Positions 23,491-35,449 of a stretch of 54,061 nucleotides of DNA are shown here, one piece after another. Numbering within the stretch: position 1 is the stretch's first letter; each line of letters starts with the position of its first letter. Source of the DNA: Prorocentrum cordatum (lineage: Eukaryota); NCBI GenBank assembly GCA_963575745.1, contig CAUYUJ010000268.1, positions 62,001 through 116,061 of the forward strand. Reading direction: 5' to 3'. The translations under genes and the position numbers were made by a program. Under the pieces are notes generated by a model. It saw only the letters and a list, made by a program, of their open reading frames with translations, did not search any database and was not told where the DNA came from.

Positions 23491-23812
23491 CCAAGCGCTT
23501 TCAAGCGCTCCCAAGCGCTCCCAAGCGCTCCCAGGCGCTCCCAAGCGCTCCCAGGCGCTCCCGGGCGCTGCCCAGCGCTCCCCGGCGTTCCCATGCTTGT
23601 TTGGCCGGGCTGAGCGGGTAGGGGTGTCACGAGCGGGCCTGGCCTGGCCTGGCGCTCCCAGGCGCTCCCAGGCGCTCCCAAGCGCTCCCAGGCGCTCCCA
23701 AGCGCTGCCCAGCGCTCCCCGGCGCCCCCATGCTTGTTTGTCCGGGCGGAGCGGGTAGGGGTGTCACGACCGCCTGGCCTGGCCGGGCGCTCCCAGGCGC
23801 TCCCAAGGGGTC
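22998..23812 (+). mobile_element. Telomere-flanked module H (single copy)
   Basis: 5' hairpin, internal TTTAGGGCTTAGGG at 23097-23110 and (GCGCTCCCAG)n, the same layout as families A, D and E. Confidence 0.45.
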
Positions 23813-23831
23813 TAAGGTTTAGGGTTTAGGG

Positions 23832-25196
23832 TGTTGCCCGCCAAGCGGTGTGGGCGCGCGCACGCACCCCACCCCCACATCAAGATTGTTGGGGGTGGGA
23901 TGCTGTGTGCGCGCTCGCGTTGCGTGTCCTCCCGCCCCAATCCTCCCCGGCTATTCTCTTTTAGGGTTTAGGGACACAGAGAGTTCTTCCCCCCAGCCCC
24001 CACTCATGGGGGTGTCGAACACCACGTCGTCCTACCTGAGAACGCGCAGGCGCTGTAACGCATTGGGGAACAGCCTCCAGGTTTAGTTCGCGCGTTGGGG
24101 AACGCCCGACCGGGCGATCTCTTCCGACTCTCGCAGGAGCGGTTCTGCGCGGTGGCGCACGCGCAGCGGTTTGCCGGCCAACGAGGTGTCGCACTTTGTG
24201 GCCCATGTTACGCTGGCGACGCCAGAACCGCGCCTGCGCGCTCTTTTTCGATGCCCAGGCGCGCTGGCGAGCGCATATGGCGACTGAAGTAAACTTACGC
24301 AGATGCCTCAATCTCAGAAGCGATCATGGTGGGCCACGACAAAGGGGACCAGCTCGCCGGACGCTCCGCGGCTCGCGCGCGCGCGAGGTTCCCGCGCTGA
24401 CACCGCGTCGTCCTAGAGTCTCCGGGGTTCGTTCGCGCGTTGGGGGACGCCCGACCGGGCGACCTTTTCCGATTCTCGCAGGAGCGATTCTGCGCGGTGG
24501 CCCACGCGCAGCGCTTTGTCTCGGATGGTGGGAGGGGGAGCTCGAGGGGGTGGGCCTGGCGCCCCCTCGATGCGACGCACCAGGCAGCGCGTTGTGTGCG
24601 TCAGCCGGCCGGCCGGCCGGCCGTCCGGCCGTCGAGTGTATTCCTTATCGCTGAATTACGTTGGCGACGCCAGAACCGCGCCTGCGCGCTCCTTTTCGGT
24701 GCGCCGCCGCGCTGGCGAGCGCATATCGCGATTGGGGTAAAATTACGCATGTGCTTCAATCTCAGAGGGGATCATGTTGCGCTACGACAACGGAGACCAG
24801 TTCGCCGGACGCTCCGCGACGCGCGCGCGCGCGAGGTTCCCGCGCTGGGGGCCCCCTGGGAGCGCTTGGGGAGCCTCTGGGACGCGTGGGAGCGCCTGGG
24901 GAGCGCCTGGGAGCGCGCCCAGGCGCGCTGGGAGCGCCTGGAGAGCCCCTGGCAGCGTTTTCCTAGGTTTTCCTAGGTTCCTGGGGGATCTGGTAGGCTT
25001 GCTGTGATTGGGTTCCGGCCTTGGGGTTCTTATTTCCTGCTACGCAGGTAGCCTGTGGCGTAGCCAGCCTGAGGCGTGGCGTGTGGGCGGTCGAGCTTAA
25101 CCTCTCCCTTTCCGTAGATTCTCCAGGCGCTCCACTGAACGTTCCGACCAAGGCTCGTATGCGTCTGGGGCACCCCGACAGCGACGCATACTCGAG
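23832..25196 (+). mobile_element. Family A copy 3
   Basis: Colinear with copy 1 over its whole length, same termini. Confidence 0.75.
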
Positions 25197-25217
25197 TATA
25201 GGGTTTAGGGTTTAGGG

Positions 25218-26488
25218 TCCACTAGCCCAAACTTGCAGCCCACTTGACCGTGTCCCACCCACCCATGACCCAAGACATATTGATCTCGATGCGGTATCAA
25301 CGCGCGACTCGCAAAACGACGACGAGGACGACACCGATGACGACGACGTTGATATTGTTTTCAAAACGACGACGACGCGGCCGCGCAAAGACACCTGGGA
25401 CGCGGCTGCAACGGCGATGCGGCCCGCGCGCGTGACGACGCGATTTGAAGAACCACGTTTTTTGACGCGAGTCCCTGTGCGATGCAGGGACGCCGCCCAG
25501 CGGCGGAGAGGTTGCACGCAAGATCCACGTTTATTGACGCGAGTCCCTGTGCGACGCAGGGACGCCGCCCAGCGGCGGCGAAGTTGCACGCAGTGGTTGC
25601 CCAAGGCGCGCGGGATGACTCGTTGCCCCGAAGAGAGGGATCCCCCTGTGCATCCTCGGGACTGCGCCGCGGCGCGCAAAGGCCGATGCAAGGGCGATGC
25701 GACGCGCGCGCGCGAGGGGCGCGCCCTGGGATTTGCAGGTCCTCCCAGAACGCCATTCCTGGCGCTCCGAGGGCAAGGATCTGCGCGAGGGGTGCGCCAA
25801 AATGGGGGGGGCGGCCGAAGGAGGGACTTTAGGGCGGCGGAAGGCGTTTCAGGATTTAAATCTTTATAGGCTCTTTTTTTTTAGGGCCCACTAGCCCAAA
25901 CTTGCAGCCCACTTGGCCGTGTCCCACCCACCCGCGACCCAAGACATATTGATCTCGATGCGGTATCAACACGCGACTCGCAAAACGACGACGAGGACGA
26001 CACCGATGACGACGACGTTGATATTTGTTTTCAAAACGACGACGACGCGGCCGCGCAAAGACACTTGGGACGCGGCTGCAACGGCGATGCGGCCCGCGCG
26101 GCACGGCGCGCGGAGGCCGATGCAAGAGCGATGCGATGCGCGCACGCGCGGCGCCGTCATCGGTGTCGTCCTCGTCGTCGTTTTGCGAGTCGCGTGTTGA
26201 TACCGCATCGAGATCAATATGTCTTCGGTCATGGGTGGGTGGGACACGGTCAAGTGGGCTGCAAGCTTGGGATTTGCGGATCGGGCCAGAACGCCATTCC
26301 TGCTGCTCCGAGGCCAAGGATCTGCGTGAGGGGCGCACCCTGGGATTTGCAGATCCTCCCAGAACGCCATTCCTGGCGCTCCGAGGGCAAGGATCTGCGT
26401 GAGGGGTGCGCCAAAATGGGGGGCGGCCGAAGGGGGGACTTTAGGGCGGCGGAAGGGATTTCATGATTTAAATTCTTATAGGCTCTTA
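25218..26488 (+). mobile_element. Family B, two tandem copies (25218-~25875, 25887-~26488); third copy at 27939-~28635
   Basis: Shared start ccactagcccaaacttgcagcccacttg and shared end atttaaat..ttataggctctt. Confidence 0.6.
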
Positions 26489-27364
26489 GTTTCTAACAGG
26501 CTTGGCCACGAGCACACCTGCCCCACGAACCCACCTGCGGTGGCCGTCAATCCCACCCGAGAGCCACCCCATCACAAAGATCATCTCTCCTCTCCTTGGA
26601 ACAACATCGGTGCAAACGAACCCGACCGCGCGCGGCGAGTTGGTCCAGGAGATGGAGGCGGTGTACATGAGGGGGTCGCAGTGTGTATTGTAAAATACAA
26701 GGGATTCGGCACGCATGCTCAGGATGGAGCATGCGCAGGATCAGGAAATGCTATTTGTTGCAGTAGATGGAGCGGGTTTACATAACGGGGTCGCAACGGG
26801 GGGCGCCCACTTTGTGTTGTAAAAAATAAGAAAGTCTGCACGCATGCGCTGGAAATGCTATTTTGTTGCAGTAGATGGAGCGGGGTCGCGACGGGAGCCG
26901 CCCACTTTGTGCTGTAAAAAAAGAAAAAGAAATGCTGCACGCATGCTCAGGAAAGGTTATCTTTTGCAGTAGATGGAGCGGGGTCGCAACGGGGACTGGG
27001 CACATTGTGCTGTAAACAATATATGAGATTCTGCACGCATGTGCAGGAAATGCTATTTTTTGCAGTAGAAGGAGCGGGATTGCATAACGTTCGGTTTTAC
27101 AGTAATTAGGATTTAAGAATTATAGGATTAAGAATTTAGGGTTTAGGGTTTAGGGTTTAGGGCTTCTTTTAGCGCAGCGGCCGACAGTCAAGGCAAGGCT
27201 GCCCCCCTTTCGGCAAGCTTGATTGGGGGGGCGTTTAGCCGACCCGATCAAGCTTGGCGAAGGGCGCAAGAGCTGCAACCACTTCCCACCCCCGGCCGCA
27301 TGGCCGGCGACCTCCCAAACTAAAGCCTTTTAGGGTTTAGGGCCGCTGGCCCCTAAATTCCCAA

Positions 27365-27421
<57 letters not shown>

Positions 27422-27557
27422 CCCGGCGCTTCCAGGCGCTCCCAAGCGCTCCCAAGCGCTCCCAGGCGCTCCCAGGCGCTCCCAAGCGCTCCCAGGCGCT
27501 CCCCGGCGCTCCCAAGCGTTCCCGAGCGCTCCCAGGCGCTCCCAAGCGCTTCCCGCA

Positions 27558-27602
<45 letters not shown>

Positions 27603-28654
27603 CCAGACGCTCCCAGGCGCCCCCAGGCGCTCCCACATGCGCCCAGAGGCGCTCGGAGCGCTCCACACGTGTTTTTACGTGTCGGAGAAGCAGAGGGGGG
27701 GAATTACAAGTCAAAAGTCTCTGGGTTTAGGGTGTTATATTCTTCGAGGATCAGGAGGAGTTTATCTTTGAATCGCGACTCCCAAGGGGCAGCCTACGGC
27801 TGCATGGGCGACCCAGTCTGGCAACCAGCTGACGCTTCTCAGAGATGCCCTGTCTCTCGTAGACGGCGACGGTGATGCGCGGTGGGGTGGGCAGAAGCAC
27901 AACGAGGTGCTTGGGAATTTAGGGTTTAGGGTTTAGGGTCCACTAGCCCAAACTTGCAGCCCACTTGACCGTGTCCCACCCACCCATGACCCAAGACATA
28001 TTGATCTCGATGCGGTATCAACACGCGACTCGCAAAACGACGACGAGGACGACACCGATGACGACGACGTTGATATTGTTTTCAAAACGACGACGACGCG
28101 GCCGCGCAAAGGCACCTGGGACGCGGCTGCAACGGCGATGCGGCCCGCGCGCGTGACGACGCGATTTGAAGAACCACGCTTTTTGACGCGAGCCCCTAAG
28201 CGATGCAGGGACGCCGCCCAGCGGCGGAGAGGTTGCACGCAAGATCCACGTTTATTGACGCGAGTCCCTGTGCGACGCAGGGCCCCCCGCGGTCGCCGTG
28301 GGCGCACCGCCCAGCTGGCCCGCGGCCGCCTGCGCCGCCGAAGGGTCGGCGCGCCGCCCCGCGTCCGCCGGGCCGCCCTCCCGCGAGCTCGCAGAGGGGG
28401 GGCCGCAGCGCCCGCGGCCGCCTCGCCCGCCGCGGAGGCGCCCGGCGCCATTCCTGGCGCTCCGAGGCCAAGGATCTGCGTGAGGGGCGCACCCTGGGAT
28501 TTGCAGATCCTCCCAGAACGCCATTCCTGGCGCTCCGAGGGCAAGGATCTGCGCGAGGGGTGCGCCAAAATGGGGGGGGGCAGCCGAAGGAGGGACTTAG
28601 GGGCTTTTAAGATTTAAATGTTTATAGGCTCTTAGTTTTTAGGGTTTAGGGTTT

Positions 28655-28921
28655 ACACACCGTATTAGCGTCTGCGGACCTCGCGGCGGTGTCAATTTGG
28701 GTGCGCTATCGCCGAGAGCGCTTCCGCGCGTGCCCGCTCGAAGATCGCGCCCCCTCCCGCACGGCGGCTGTCTCCCAGACGGCCCCGAAGCGCTCGTTGC
28801 GCGCCTTTCGCGCGTGCCTGGAGCGCTTGGGAGCGCTTGGGGGCGCCTGGGAGCGTGCCGGGAGCGCCTGCGAGCGCCTGGGAGCGTGCCAGGAGCGCTT
28901 GGGTGCGCCTGGGAGCGCTTG

Positions 28922-28954
<33 letters not shown>

Positions 28955-30400
28955 TCGCTTGGGAGCGTGCCGGGAGCGCCTGGGAGCGCCTGGGAGCGTG
29001 CCAGGAGCGCTTGGGTGCGCCTGGGAGCGCTTGCGAGCGCCCGGGAGCGCCTGGGAGCGTCTGGGATCACCTGGGAGCACGCCGGGAGCGCCTGAGAGCG
29101 CCTGCGAGCGCCTGGGAGCGCTTGGGAGCGCCTGGAAGCGCCTGGAACCGCTTGGGAGCGCACGGAGGCGCCCGGCAGCACGGGATGCTTGTCGGGCCGC
29201 TCCCGGGTTGCGCCAGCTCGTGCCAGCTCGCACGGAATGCTTGTCGCGCCGTTCCAGAGCCGCTTCCGTTCGCGCCGGCTCGCTCGGAGCGTCGGATATG
29301 GTTGGCGCGCCCATCAGGCGCTCGCGCAAGCTTGCGCCGGGCTCGCTTACATCGTTCGGCATGGTATCGTTTCATTGTCTTTCGCAATGGCACCGTTCGA
29401 GCTTGCTCAATACGTGGTGTTTTTCGTTTTGACACAACGTATTAGCGTCTGCGGGTGTCGCAGCGGTTTCAACTGGTCCCCGCCAGTCGGCTTGGCTACG
29501 ATCCTTCGTAAAACACGTGGTCGCGACGGCAAGATTTCGGGCCTGCCGATGCCGCGATCCTTCGTAAAACACGTCGGATTCGCGTCGCGACGGCTTGCGC
29601 GGAGCGCTTGTCGGGCCACCCCGAAGGCGCTTCCGCTCGTGCAGGCTCGCACGGAATGCTTGCCGGGCCGCTCCAGAGCCGCGCACGCTCGCGCAGGCTC
29701 ACATGGAATGCTTGTCGGGCCGCTCCGGAGCCGCTCCTGCTCGCGGCGGCTCGCACGGGATGCTTGTTGGGCCGCTCCGGAGCTGCTCCCGCTCGTGCCA
29801 GCTCGCACGGAATGCTTGTCGTGCCGTTCTGGAGCCGATTCCGCTCGCGACGGCAAGATTTCGGGCCTGCCGATGCCGCGATCCCTCGTAAAACACATCG
29901 GATTCGCGTCGCGCGCTGCGCGCGCTCCTGGGAGCGCCTGGGAGCACTTGGGAGCGCCTGGGAGCGCCTGGGAGCGTGCCCGGAGCGTGCCGGGAGCGTG
30001 CCGGGAGCGCCCGGGAGCGCCCGGGAGCGTGCCGGGAGCACCCGGGAGCGCCTGGGAACGCTTGGGAACGCTTGGGAGCGTGCCGGAAGCGTTTAGGAGC
30101 GCCTGGGAGCCCCTGCCTGGGAGCGCTTCGGGGCGCCTGGGAGCGTGCCGGGAGCGCCTGCGAGCGCCTGGGAGCGTGCCGAGAGCGCCTGCGAGCGCTT
30201 GGAAGCGTGCCGGCGCGCTGTTCCGGAGCCGCTTCCGCTCGCGCCGGCTCGCTTGGAGCGTCGGATATGGTTGGCGCGCCCATCAGGCGCTCGCGCAAGC
30301 TTGCGCCGGGCTCGCTTACATCGTTCGGCCTGGTATCGTTTCATTGTCTTTCGCAATGGCACCATTCGAGCTTGCTCAATACGTGGTGTTTTTCGTTTTG
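28655..30400 (+). mobile_element. Family F, two tandem copies (28655-29430, 29431-30400); related 3' fragment at ~17340-17595
   Basis: Shared start acac..cgtattagcgtctgcgg, (GGGAGCGCCT)n interior, and shared ~170-bp end ..gcttgctcaatacgtggtgtttttcgttttga. Confidence 0.6.
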
Positions 30401-31097
30401 AGGGTTTAGGGTTTAGGGTTAGGGTTTAGGGTTTAGGTTTTAGGTTTTAGGGTTTGGGGTTTGGGGTTTGGGGTTTGGGGTTTTGGGTTTTGGGTTTTGG
30501 GTTTAGGGTTTAAGGTTTCGGGTTTAGGGTGTTGCCCGCCAAGCGGTGTGGGCGCGCGCACGCATCCCACCCCCACATCAAGATTGTTGGGGGTGGGATG
30601 CTGTGTGCGCGCTCGCGTTGCTTGTCCTCCCGCCCCAATCCACCCCGGCTATTCTCTTTTAGGGTTTAGGGGCACAGAGAGTTCTTCCCCCCAGCCCCCA
30701 CTCAAGGGGGTGTCGAACACCACGTCGTCTCACCTGAGAACGCGCAGGCGCTGTAACGCATTGGGAATGGGGAACCGCCTCCAGGTTTAGTTCGGCGCGT
30801 TGGGGAACGCCCGACCGGCGATCTCTTCCCGACTCTCCCGCAGGAGCGTGCTGCCGCGGTGGCCACCACGCGCAAGCGGTTTGCAGGCCAACGAGGTGTC
30901 GTACTTGTTGCCCAGGTTCCCTGGCAACGCCAGAAACCGCGCCTGCGCGCTCTTTTTCGATGCCCAGCGCGCTGGCGAGCGCTATGGCGATTGAAGTCAA
31001 ACATACGCAGATCCTCAATCTCAGAAAGCATCATGGTAGAGAACGACAAAGGGGACCCAGCCTACGAGGGTTTAGGTTAGGGTTCAGGGGTTTAGGG

Positions 31098-32603
31098 ACT
31101 AACAGCAAGGCCAGAATACCTACCTGCATAGGCACTCCACCCAGCGGTGGCTATCAATCACCCCCGATACTCCACCCCCACATACAGATTATCTCTCCTC
31201 TCGACGTTTATACCCTAGCGCGGGTCGGGCGGGCGGGACCCTAGCGGGCGGGTCGGGCGGGCGGGGCCTTAACGGGCGGGTCGGGTCGGGTCGGGCGGGC
31301 GGACCCTAACGGGCGGGCCGGGCCGGGTCGGGCGGACCCTAGCGGGCGGGTCGGGTCGGGCGGGCGGGACATTAAAGTATGGTGCGTGTGCACTGGACAC
31401 GCGTGAACCCTGACGGGCGGGTCGGGTCGGGTCGGGCGGGCGGGCCCGAACGGGCGAGTCGGGTCGGGTCGGGCGTGCCCTAACGGGCGGGTCGGGTCGG
31501 GCGGGCGGGGCGTGAAATTATGGCGCGTGTACACTTGACACGCGTGAACCGTAACAAGCGGGTCGGGTCGGGTCGGGCGCACTCGAGGGTTCGCCCTGAA
31601 CCCTAAGCCTCGGGCGGCTTATGCAACGCCTCTCGTGAAAGCTATGCCACATACATAGATTAACAGAGGCGAGTTCACAACATCTGGAAAACCGCAGCCT
31701 CCTAGCGTGGCTGTCGCATAACACCAGTGCTGAAAAACATTAAAATGCCAAAGAGTTGGCCATGTTAGGGGTTTAGGGTTTAGGGTTAAGGGTTTAGGTT
31801 TAGGGCCTGCATTGCCAAATGCTTCAAAATCGTACGCAGAGCCTCCAATCTCAGAAGCGATCATGGTGGGGCCACGACAAAGGGGAACAGCTCGGCCAGT
31901 TTAGGTTGAGGGTTTAGGGTTTTGGACTATCAGGGCCAAGGCTGCCTCTCCGAGGCGCTTAGTCAACTCACTGCGTGGCTGCGGCGGCTATCAATCCCCC
32001 CCGCATCTCCACCCCCACATAAAGATCATCTCTCCTCTCATGTTATACCCTAGCGGGCGGGTCGGGCGGGCGAGACCCTAACGGGCGGGTCGGGCGGGCG
32101 GGGCCCTAACGGGCGGGTCGGGTCGGGTCGGGCGGGCGGACCCTAACGGGCGGGTCGGGTCGGGTCGGGCGGACCCTAGCGGGCGGGTCGGGTCGGGCGG
32201 GCGGGACATTAAAGTATGGTGCGTGTGCACTTGACACGCGTGAACCTTGACGGGCGGGTCGGACCGGGTCGGGTGGGCGGACCCTAACGGGGGGGTCGGG
32301 TCGGGTCGGGCGGACCCTAACGGGCGGGTCGGGTCGGGCGGGCGCGACATTAAAGTATGGTGCGTATGCACTTGACACGCGTGAACCCTGACAAGCGGGT
32401 CGGTTCGGGTCGGGCGGACTCTAGGGTTCGCCCGACCTCAACGCGCTTTGCTATGCAACGCCTCTCGTATGCTATGCCAGCATAACATAGATTAGCACAA
32501 AGGCGAGTTCCACGACATCTGGATAACCGCAGCCTCTAGCGTGGCTGTCGCATAACACCAGTGCTGAAAAAAAACATTAAAATGTCCAAAGGAGTTGGCC
32601 ATG
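31098..32603 (+). mobile_element. Family I, two copies (31098-~31764, ~31926-32603) with (GGGTC/GGGC)n-CCCTAA repeats
   Basis: Shared interior repeats and a shared ~150-bp end ..cataacaccagtgctgaaaaacattaaaatg..gagttggccatg. The ccccacataaagatcatctctcctctc motif is shared with family C. Confidence 0.55.
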
Positions 32604-32651
32604 TTAGGGTTTGGGGTTTAGGGTTTAGGGTTTAGGGTTTAGGGTTTAGGG

Positions 32652-34155
32652 CCTGCATTAGAGAAAGCGCGCGCTGGCTGCGATCCCCCCCACATCAAGG
32701 TTGTTGGGGGGGATCGCTGCCCAGGCCGCGCGCGCCACGGTTAGTCGCACTCCCGCCCCAGACCACCCAGAGTGAAGCCTTTTAGGGTTTAGGGTTTCTC
32801 CCCCCAACCCCCCTATCCCGGGGGGCTGTCGAAGTGGTGCGCGCAGGCGATCGCCGACGCGGCCGTGGCACTGCGCATCCACTTGAGCATGCGCGCAGGG
32901 CGCGTGACGTAGGCGCGTCGGCTCGGCGCCTCGTCGAAGAGGCAGCCTTTGGCGATTTCGGCGTTGAGCTTCGCCGTTGGGCTGCCGCTGGCGCAGCATG
33001 TCCATGCGTTGCTGCATGTGCCTTCGGCACTGGGTTGCGACACTGGGCCGTGAATGTTGGGATGCGCGCGTGCGGCCGCGGCCGTAGCAATGCGCGCCGA
33101 TGCGAGCACGCGCGCAGGGTGCATGGCGCTGGCGCGTCAGGTCGCCTCGTCGATGAGGCAGCCGTTTGCACCTTCGGCGTGGAGCGTCGTCGGTGGGCTG
33201 CCGCTGGCGCAGCCTGTCCACAGGGGTCCGGCATCTGCTTTCGGCATTGGAAAGCAGCACTGCGAAGGCGCTGGCGCGGCAATCCCATGGTTCCCCGTGG
33301 GCCTGGAGCGAGTGGTTGCGCCGTCGGGCTCCTCGCTGACGGCGACGCGTACGGCAGTTACATTCGCCCGCGGCGTTGGGTTTCGATTTTTGGGTTCGCC
33401 CTCCCGCTGAAGCGATTGCAATCATCGACGCAGCCGCCTTCGGCGCGAGCTTCGGACGGCTGGAGGGGGAGCGCGAGGGGGTGGGTCTGGCACCCCCTCG
33501 CTGCGATGCGCGCGCATGGCTGCGGCAGCACCTCCATGGCAGAGCCCGTGGAATTCCTTGGGGGGGCCCTCTGGCAGCGCTGGGAGAGCGCCTGGAGCTT
33601 CCCCCTGGGGCCGCCTGGAACCGCCTGGGCACGCTTGGGAGCGCGCGGGAGCGCGCGGGAGCGCATGGGAGCGCCGCGTGGCGCCTTGGAGCGCTTGTGG
33701 GTGCTTAAGAGCGCGTGGGAATGCTTGCGCGCCTGGGAGCACCTGCGAGCGCCAGGGAGCGCTTAGGAGCGCTTCGGAGTCGTGGCAGCGCTGGGAACGC
33801 TGGGGAGCGCCTGCGAGCGCCTGGGAGCGCGCCAGGAGCGTGCCGGGAGCGCTTGGGAGCGCCTGCGAGCGCCGGGAGCGCTTGGGGGCGTGCCGGGAGC
33901 GCTTGGGAGCGCCTGGGAGCGCCTGGGAGCACGCGCCTGGGAACGCGCTTGGGGGCGTGCCGGGAGCGCCCAGGAGCGCTTGGGAGCAATTGGGAGCGCG
34001 TGGGAACGCCTGGAACCGTGCCGAGAGCGCCTGGGAGCGTGCCGGGAGCGCCTGAAGCGCTGTGGAGCGCTTGGGAGCGTGCCCGGAGCGCCTGGGAAAG
34101 CTTGGAAGCGCTTGGGAGCGCTTGGGAGCGCCTGGGAGCGCCTGGGAGCGCTTGG

Positions 34156-34187
<32 letters not shown>

Positions 34188-34564
34188 ACGCCTGGGAGCG
34201 CCTGGGAGCGTGCCGGGAGCGCTTGGAAAGTCCTTGGGAGCGCCTGGAGCGTTTGGAAGCGCTTGGAGCGCCGCATGCGGTAATTTCATAGGTTTGGAGC
34301 ACCCAGAGCGCACCGCATGCTGTATTTTCATAGGTTTGGAGCCCCAGGGGATGTAGCGACTCGCGGGGGACCCGCTTGCTAGGGCTGAGGGTTAGGGGTT
34401 CCTTTTCTTAGGAGAACACCACGGGGATGCACCGCGCGGCGTGCGAATTCCTCCTCGGCGGCTATCGCCGCTTCGTCGGTGCGGCGTACGCTGCATGGGC
34501 AGGCTCGCTGAGCGCTCGGCCAGACGCCACGGGCTACGGACGTTGCACCGCCCGCGGCTTGCAG
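32652..34564 (+). mobile_element. Family E non-autonomous element (1.9 kb), relative of the RepHel element
   Basis: The first ~900 bp align with 34607-~35430 and the last ~250 bp align with ~48230-48479. Interior is (GGGAGCGCCT)n. Flanked by TTTAGGG tracts. Confidence 0.85.
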
Positions 34565-35449
34565 TTTAGGGTTTAGGGTTTAGGGTTTAGGGTTTAGGGT
34601 TTAGGGCCTGCAGGGGCGCATGCGCGCGCTGGCTGCGACCCCCCCCCACATCAGGGTTGTTGGGGGGGATCGCTGTCCAAGCCGCGCGCGCTATGAACTT
34701 GCACTCCCGCCCCAGACCACCCACAGTAAAGCCCTTTGAGTTTAGGGTTTCTCCCCCCACCCCCCCCTATCACGGGGGGCTATCGAAGTGGCGCGCGCAG
34801 GCGATCGCCGACGCGGCCGTGGCATTGCGCATCCACGTGAGCACGCGCGCAGGGCTGCCCCTGGCGCAGCATGTCCGTGCGTTGCCGTTTTGCCTTCGGC
34901 ACTGGGTTGTGACACTGGGGTGCGAATGCTGGGAAGCGCGCGTGCTGTCGCGGCCGTGGCAATGCGCGCCCATGCGGGCACGCGCGCAGGGTGCATGGCG
35001 CTCGCGCGTCAGCTCGCCTCGTCGATGAGGCAGCCGTTTGCACCTTCGGCGTGGAGCGTCGCCGGTGGGCGGCCGCTGGCGCAGCATTTCCACAGGGGTC
35101 CGGCATTTGCCTTCGGCATTGGAAAGCAGCACTGCGAAGGCGCTGGCGTGACAATACAATGGGTTCCCCTGCGCCTCAAGCGAGTGGCTGCGCCGTCGGG
35201 CTCCTCGCTGACGGCGACGCGCACGGCAGTTGCATTCGCCCGCGGCTTTGGGTTTCGCCTTTGGGGTCGCCCCCGCTGAAGCGATTGCAATCATCGACGC
35301 AGACGCTGTCGACGCGAGATTCGGAAGGCGGGAGGAGGAGCGCGAGGGGGTGGGTGTGGCACCCTCTCGCTACGATGCGCGCGCATGGCTGCGGCAGCAC
35401 CTCCACGGCAGACCCCTTGAAATGCTTGGGGGGATTTCTGTGGAAGCCA

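Noticed and set aside
17792..34356. Many ORFs of the GAPGSAWERL / RRSQALPGAP type
   Set aside because: Products of the 10-bp GGGAGCGCCT minisatellite and GC-rich stop-poor DNA.
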